DNA of 64,000 nucleotides from Mesoaciditoga sp. (GTDB taxonomy: Bacteria > Thermotogota > Thermotogae > Mesoaciditogales > Mesoaciditogaceae). A program made the translations under genes and the position numbers. The notes beneath the pieces are model-generated. The model ran no database searches. It was not told where the DNA came from and saw nothing but the letters and a program-made list of their open reading frames with translations. Shown one piece after another: positions 59,151-64,000 of the stretch; the first letter of the stretch is position 1; each line of letters begins with the position of its first letter. The stretch covers positions 3,175 to 67,174 of the forward strand of contig WFYR01000023.1 of assembly GCA_015489955.1 (NCBI GenBank), written 5' to 3'.

Positions 59151-60263
59151 ATGGGAAAATCGCTTGCTTTAAGCATTTTGAAAAGTGAAAAGCTTTTTTT
59201 TATTCTCTTTCTTCTGATGATCATTCTAACTTTTTTTATGCCTTACAATTTTCTTAAGGCATTCAAATCCGTGGATTGGAATACGATCGAAGCGCTAGCC
59301 GGACTGCTTATTATAACGGCTTCTATAAAAGAAAGTTTTTTCTTTGACAAAATTTCTTCAAAGATCTTAGGACACGTGCATACGGAAAGAACTTTAGCAA
59401 TGTCCGTTGTACTTCTTTCTATGACACTTTCAATGTTTTTAACAAACGATATAACACTCTTTATCGTGGTGCCGATCACACTGAGCTTGAAGAAGTTCTT
59501 TAAAAACGATGTGAGCAAATTGATCGTGTTTGAAGCTTTAAGTGTAAATGTGGGATCTACTGTAAGCCCAATAGGTAACCCTCAAAATCTCTTTCTCTGG
59601 CATCTGTGGAACACAGACTTTACGAATTTTATTGTAGCATCTTTACCCCTTGAAATCGTCATGGTAAGCTTACTTTTACTTTTCGCTTTGTTTATCTTCA
59701 AGAGGAAACCATTACTTTTAGAATACGACGCTAAAAGCTTCAAAGTTAACTACAAACTTGGAATGGGTTCTATAATCATACTCATTCTGTACGTGATGAT
59801 CATCCAATTGCATCTTGAAGCTTTTTTCATTGTTCCACTCTTCGCTTTTTATTTTCTTGTCAGAAAAGATGTGTTAAAAGAAGTCGATTGGTTCTTGTTG
59901 GCGATTTTCGTACTCATGTTTGTGAATATATATTTCATCACCAAAATTCCATTGTTCGCACTTTTAATTAAGCCCTTTTCTCCTTTTACACCATCAAAAA
60001 CCTTCTTACTCTCTTTGATATCATCTCAGGCGATTAGCAACGTTCCAGCCGCAATTTTCGTTTCAAATTTTTCATCTTCATACCTTGCCATAGCTTACGG
60101 AGTTAACATTGGTGGAAATGGGTTGATCATCGGTTCGCTCGCAAATTTAATTGCTTTAAGAATGAAGAAAGAAAAGGGAATGTACCTTACTTTCCATAAA
60201 TATTCTTTTCCGTATTTCGTTGTGACCGCTCTTATTGGGTATTTAATGATAAAATTCCTGTAG
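59151..60263 (+). CDS. ArsB/NhaD (YbiR-like) anion permease
   Basis: FLTND, NVGS..SPIGNPQN, ISNVPA, IGGNG..IGSLAN. Confidence 0.85.
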   Translation: MGKSLALSILKSEKLFFILFLLMIILTFFMPYNFLKAFKSVDWNTIEALAGLLIITASIKESFFFDKISSKILGHVHTERTLAMSVVLLSMTLSMFLTNDITLFIVVPITLSLKKFFKNDVSKLIVFEALSVNVGSTVSPIGNPQNLFLWHLWNTDFTNFIVASLPLEIVMVSLLLLFALFIFKRKPLLLEYDAKSFKVNYKLGMGSIIILILYVMIIQLHLEAFFIVPLFAFYFLVRKDVLKEVDWFLLAIFVLMFVNIYFITKIPLFALLIKPFSPFTPSKTFLLSLISSQAISNVPAAIFVSNFSSSYLAIAYGVNIGGNGLIIGSLANLIALRMKKEKGMYLTFHKYSFPYFVVTALIGYLMIKFL

Positions 60264-60283
60264 GAAGGGATGGAAGGAAAAAT

Positions 60284-61102
60284 ATGATTTTATACGCATA
60301 CGCAAAGATAAATTTATACCTCGCCGTCGTCTCAAAAAGAAAAGACGGTTATCATAACATACTTAGCCTCATGCACAACGTTTCGCTGCACGATAGCATT
60401 GAAATAGTCGAAGGAGAAGAGTACTTCATATGCAATGAAAATTTGAACTGGGACGAAACAAACACCATCTACAAAGCTTTACGAATTTTCGAAGAAGAAA
60501 CCGGTCTAAAAGTTAAAATGGGCATAAAATTAGAAAAAAACATTCCCATGAAAGCCGGCTTGGGTGGTGCAAGCAGCGATGCAGCTGCAATTTTGTGGTA
60601 TTTATGTAAAAAATACTCAAAAATGAACTTATTTATGAAAATGGCTCAAAAGGTAGGAAGCGATGTGCCATTTTTTGTAAAAGGCGGATGTGCTCTTGTT
60701 GAAGGAAAAGGTGAAAAGATAAAGGAATTACCTCCATTAAACCTCAAGGGATATTTTTATTTTCCAACAAAAGGCTTTTCAACACCACAAATGTACCATG
60801 AAATAGATGAAAACGGACTTTTCAAAAAGAAGGGCGACCCCTTACAGCTGTACAATGCGTTAAAGACCAAAAAAATAAACGAAGCACGTTTCAATTCGTA
60901 CAACGTTTTTGAAGAATTAGTTAAACGTCAGGATCCTCTCCTTGTGGAAAAGGCAAATGCCGCCCTTTCTCCATGTGATATTGTAGCGATGACAGGATCC
61001 GGCTCCACTTTTTACGGATTAGAGCTAATCAACAAATGCGAGAAAACAAAAGGCGAGGGCTTTCACCTTTTTTCAAGCCCTCGCAGTTTGCTCTATGAAT
61101 AA
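60284..61102 (+). CDS. ispE: CDP-ME kinase
   Basis: AKINLYL, KNIPMKAGLGGASSDAA, GSDVPFF, MTGSGST. Confidence 0.95.
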   Translation: MILYAYAKINLYLAVVSKRKDGYHNILSLMHNVSLHDSIEIVEGEEYFICNENLNWDETNTIYKALRIFEEETGLKVKMGIKLEKNIPMKAGLGGASSDAAAILWYLCKKYSKMNLFMKMAQKVGSDVPFFVKGGCALVEGKGEKIKELPPLNLKGYFYFPTKGFSTPQMYHEIDENGLFKKKGDPLQLYNALKTKKINEARFNSYNVFEELVKRQDPLLVEKANAALSPCDIVAMTGSGSTFYGLELINKCEKTKGEGFHLFSSPRSLLYE

Positions 61103-61103
61103 A

Positions 61104-61508
61104 TCAGCGATACCTTTCAGCTCTCCGCTTTAGATCGCCTGATTTTTGTTGACTGTCTTTCAAAAATTTCGACATTTTCTTCTCGAAATCACTCTGGCTA
61201 TCTTCCTGCTTTTCACTTCTCCCTCCTTTGTGCTCCTTCGAAGTGTGAACAGAAGAAGTGGCTTTCTTTTCCAAAACTTCACCGGCATCTTTTATGGAAA
61301 GGTCTATCTTTCCATCATTGCCGACTTTGAGCACTTTCACTTTCACTTTTTGTCCAACACTGAGATAATCGTTCGCATCTTTTATGTAACCATTTGCCAC
61401 TTTTGAGATGTGCACTAAACCGTCAACACCTTCTTCGAGTTTAACAAAAACGCCGAAATTCTTTATCGAAGTCACAGTCCCTTCGACAATCTGACCTACT
61501 TTTACCAT
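61104..61508 (-). CDS. S1-domain RNA-binding protein (YabR/YugI-like)
   Basis: GTVTSIKNFGVFV..GLVHIS, FEKKMSKFLKDS. Confidence 0.9.
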   Translation of the reverse strand: MVKVGQIVEGTVTSIKNFGVFVKLEEGVDGLVHISKVANGYIKDANDYLSVGQKVKVKVLKVGNDGKIDLSIKDAGEVLEKKATSSVHTSKEHKGGRSEKQEDSQSDFEKKMSKFLKDSQQKSGDLKRRAERYR

Positions 61509-61595
61509 GCTTTCCTTCTGACAAAAAACCAGAAGTTTCCTCCCTTCGAATTTATATAGCTTGAAAAATTATATCACATAAACTCGCCATTATCA

Positions 61596-62576
61596 CTAAT
61601 TGTTTAAAAGTTTTTCAAGTATTCTCACAGCGTTGGTTGCCGCGCCAACTCGCACATTATCTGCCACATTCCAAAAGAGGATGGCCCTTCCATCATGAGA
61701 AACCCTTATTCTTCCAACATGAGACTCGTCGCTTCCTTTTACCTCTATTGGGGTAGGATAATCTTTCCAAACCTTAACGTCCTGAGCTTTCGAAAGAACT
61801 TCTTCTATCTCTTTTAGACTTGCTTCTTTTTCTACTTCCACATACACGCTCTCGCTGTGTCCGTAAATAACGGGGACCCTTACGGTTGTTGCTTCAACAT
61901 CGCAATCGCACTCCATTATCTTTCGCGTTTCATTTACCATTTTCATTTCTTCCTCGCTGAAACCATTTTCCAAAATGTCTCCTATGTGAGGAAGACAATT
62001 GTTGGCTATTCTTTTAGAATAAATTCTCGGCTCGTAACTTTCATCTTTTAATTCCTCTTCTAATTCAACAATTCCCTTATGCCCACTTCCAGAAACCGCT
62101 TGTAGCGTTGTCACGACAACTCGTCTTATTCCAAAATTGCGTAAGATCGGATTTAACACCAATACCATCTGGATTGTTGAACAATTTGGGTTTGCGATTA
62201 TACCATTGTATCCATTTAAAACATTAGAATTTATTTCAGGTACTACCAAAGGAACCTTTTCATCCATCCTGAAGGCGGATGAATTGTCTATCACCGTTGA
62301 GCCATGTTTTGCGGCAATTGAAGCGAATTTCTTTGAAACGCTTCTTCCAGCCGAAAACAAAAGAAAATCAAATCCCTCTTTCATAGAATCTTCGGTTAAC
62401 TCTTCTACGATGTAATTTTTTCCTCTATACTTCAACGTCTTTCCTGCAGATTTTTTTGAAGCAAAAAGTCTTAACTCAAAGAAATCATATCTTCTTTCTT
62501 CTAAAACTTTTAAAATGGTTCTTCCAACTTCTCCGGTCGCCCCCACTACTCCGATCTTTGCCTTGTAAAAACTCAA
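61596..62576 (-). CDS. asd: Aspartate-semialdehyde dehydrogenase
   Basis: GATGEVG, DNSSAFR, NPNCST, QAVSGSG, RVPV..GHS, DNVRVGAA. Confidence 0.96.
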   Translation of the reverse strand: MSFYKAKIGVVGATGEVGRTILKVLEERRYDFFELRLFASKKSAGKTLKYRGKNYIVEELTEDSMKEGFDFLLFSAGRSVSKKFASIAAKHGSTVIDNSSAFRMDEKVPLVVPEINSNVLNGYNGIIANPNCSTIQMVLVLNPILRNFGIRRVVVTTLQAVSGSGHKGIVELEEELKDESYEPRIYSKRIANNCLPHIGDILENGFSEEEMKMVNETRKIMECDCDVEATTVRVPVIYGHSESVYVEVEKEASLKEIEEVLSKAQDVKVWKDYPTPIEVKGSDESHVGRIRVSHDGRAILFWNVADNVRVGAATNAVRILEKLLNN

Positions 62577-62706
62577 GAACATCACCCCTTCCATTTTAGA
62601 CCTATTTTAACATCTTCTCCTTTTGTTGGAGCTTGTCTTCGAATTGAAAAAGCATAATGCTATAATGTTTAAAGGTGCTAAAGAAAAGCCAAAGAGGAGG
62701 TGCTTC

Positions 62707-63273
62707 ACGATCCATCAAATACTTTTAATCAGGCACGGGCAGACTGATGCAAATCTTCATCACATAGTTCAAGGACAAAGCGACACTTCACTTAACGAAA
62801 CCGGCAGAAGGCAAGCAAAAAAAGTGGCAATGGAATTGAAAGAATATAAAGCCAATCTTATAATTTCAAGCGATTTGAAAAGGGCAAAAGAAACGGCTTA
62901 CATAATATCTAAAGAATGTAAAATTCCAATCATATTTGACGAAAGATTGCGAGAAATGAATTTAGGTATGTGGGAAGGGAAAAGTTTCGAAGAAGTGATG
63001 AAGCAGCCGTCCTCTGAAATTTGGGAAAAAACGCCTTCAAAATGGAAAATTGAAGGCTCTGAAACGCTAAAAGAAGTGCAGGAAAGGATGGTAAGCGCAA
63101 TTCAAGAATTCTCCGAAAAGTATGGAGATATAATAGTTGTCTCTCATGGCATAGCCATTTCTACATTTGTAATTTACGTTAAGGGAATTTCTTTGGACAG
63201 CATGTGGGACTATTTGCCAGACAACACCTCTGTAAAAAAGGTAAGAGTTGATTTTCTAAAAGAAATAACTTAA
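62707..63273 (+). CDS. Histidine phosphatase family protein; probable ACG/ATC start
   Basis: LIRHGQT, SSDL.RA.ETA, LREM..G.WEG, VSHG; AGGAGGTG SD at 62695-62702. Confidence 0.85.
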   Translation, partial: TIHQILLIRHGQTDANLHHIVQGQSDTSLNETGRRQAKKVAMELKEYKANLIISSDLKRAKETAYIISKECKIPIIFDERLREMNLGMWEGKSFEEVMKQPSSEIWEKTPSKWKIEGSETLKEVQERMVSAIQEFSEKYGDIIVVSHGIAISTFVIYVKGISLDSMWDYLPDNTSVKKVRVDFLKEIT

Positions 63274-63286
63274 GGGGGGATGCACA

Positions 63287-64000
63287 GTGAAAAGAGCAAT
63301 TTTCACCTTTTTATTTGTCTTAACGTGTGTTATATCCTTTTCCTTCCCGCTTGCCACGCTATCTATAACACCAACTTATCTGTTGCCCGGTGAAAATGCA
63401 AAGTTTGTGGTTACCCTTTCTTCAACGCAAGACGTGAAATACGTGGTGGTTAAACTCTTCGATAGTTCTTCAACGAGCACACTTTACAATCCAGTGATTT
63501 CAGGGAAAAATTACATATGGAATTACGTGACATCGAAAAGCCCAAAAGACTACAAAGCTTTGGCAGAAGTGTTCTTTAATTCCACATCTACTGAAATTGT
63601 TTCAAACGTCGCAACTTTTACGACGAATATCCCGGCCGCAAGTGTGAATTCAACTATAATTTACAATCAGTTTATAACTAACAACCCTCCCACAACTGAA
63701 GTTTCCGTGAATAACGTCGGAAGTAAAGTGTTGGAATTCACAACTTATTCGTCTCCAAGCGAATTAAAAATATCTCCTTCGAAAGGAGAGATAGAAAGCG
63801 GTCAAACGTGTAAGTTGAAGATAACCGTAAACGCTTCCCTTGTCCCAGGCCAAATTTACACTTTTGATGCGTACGCGATTACAAACGATCCACGAAAAGA
63901 TATGAAAAAACTTTTATTGGCACGAATTTTAGAAGGTCCAGATGGACTGGTAATTTCTCCAATTACAATTTCCAGCACGCGTGCGAGCGTCGGTAGCGAT
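63287..64000 (+). CDS. Secreted beta-rich (Ig-like) surface protein, truncated at the window end
   Basis: GTG start, signal peptide MKRAIFTFLFVLTCVISFS, open to the end; N.G...L..P..G.I..G..TNDP pattern. Confidence 0.7.
   Translation, partial: MKRAIFTFLFVLTCVISFSFPLATLSITPTYLLPGENAKFVVTLSSTQDVKYVVVKLFDSSSTSTLYNPVISGKNYIWNYVTSKSPKDYKALAEVFFNSTSTEIVSNVATFTTNIPAASVNSTIIYNQFITNNPPTTEVSVNNVGSKVLEFTTYSSPSELKISPSKGEIESGQTCKLKITVNASLVPGQIYTFDAYAITNDPRKDMKKLLLARILEGPDGLVISPITISSTRASVGSD

Noticed and set aside
61509-61545. Possible CTG start of the S1-domain gene behind a GGAGG
   Set aside because: An ATG with its own AAGGA SD gives a complete S1 protein; the 8 extra codons are not needed
1-64000. 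Numerous 60-170 aa ORFs antisense to or nested in recognised genes
   Set aside because: Shadow frames with no recognisable motifs or SD support

Overview
AT-rich, gene-dense chromosomal segment of an anaerobic, probably thermophilic diderm bacterium. Gene content and style suggest Thermotogota; this is an inference, not a database result. Mostly housekeeping genes: flgBC, ftsY, ktrAB, proS, mrp, rlmI-like, tgt, ricT/holB/yaaR, mtnA, udk, rpsO-pnp, a CBS-type pyrophosphatase, mnmG, ispE and asd. The window also holds a type IV pilus/competence cluster, six tRNAs, a complete V/A-type ATPase operon, a preQ0-salvage module and a redox/metalloid-type cluster. I found no transposase, integrase, CRISPR array or prophage. 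The most notable observations are: (1) two tandem V-ATPase c subunits, the first with Asn in place of the essential ion-carrying Glu, resembling a split eukaryote-type proteolipid; (2) four otherwise intact genes whose conserved N-termini can only be translated from non-canonical start codons (ACG, ATA, CTG/ATC/ATT, ACG/ATC); (3) a near-consensus promoter firing antisense through tRNA-Ile2(CAU), giving a candidate 6S-like RNA; (4) a shared promoter/operator suggesting a DUF134 regulon; (5) a dispersed intergenic repeat family bracketing an osmC-like gene; and (6) an attenuator-like leader before a pfkB kinase. All product calls come from motif recognition by eye.
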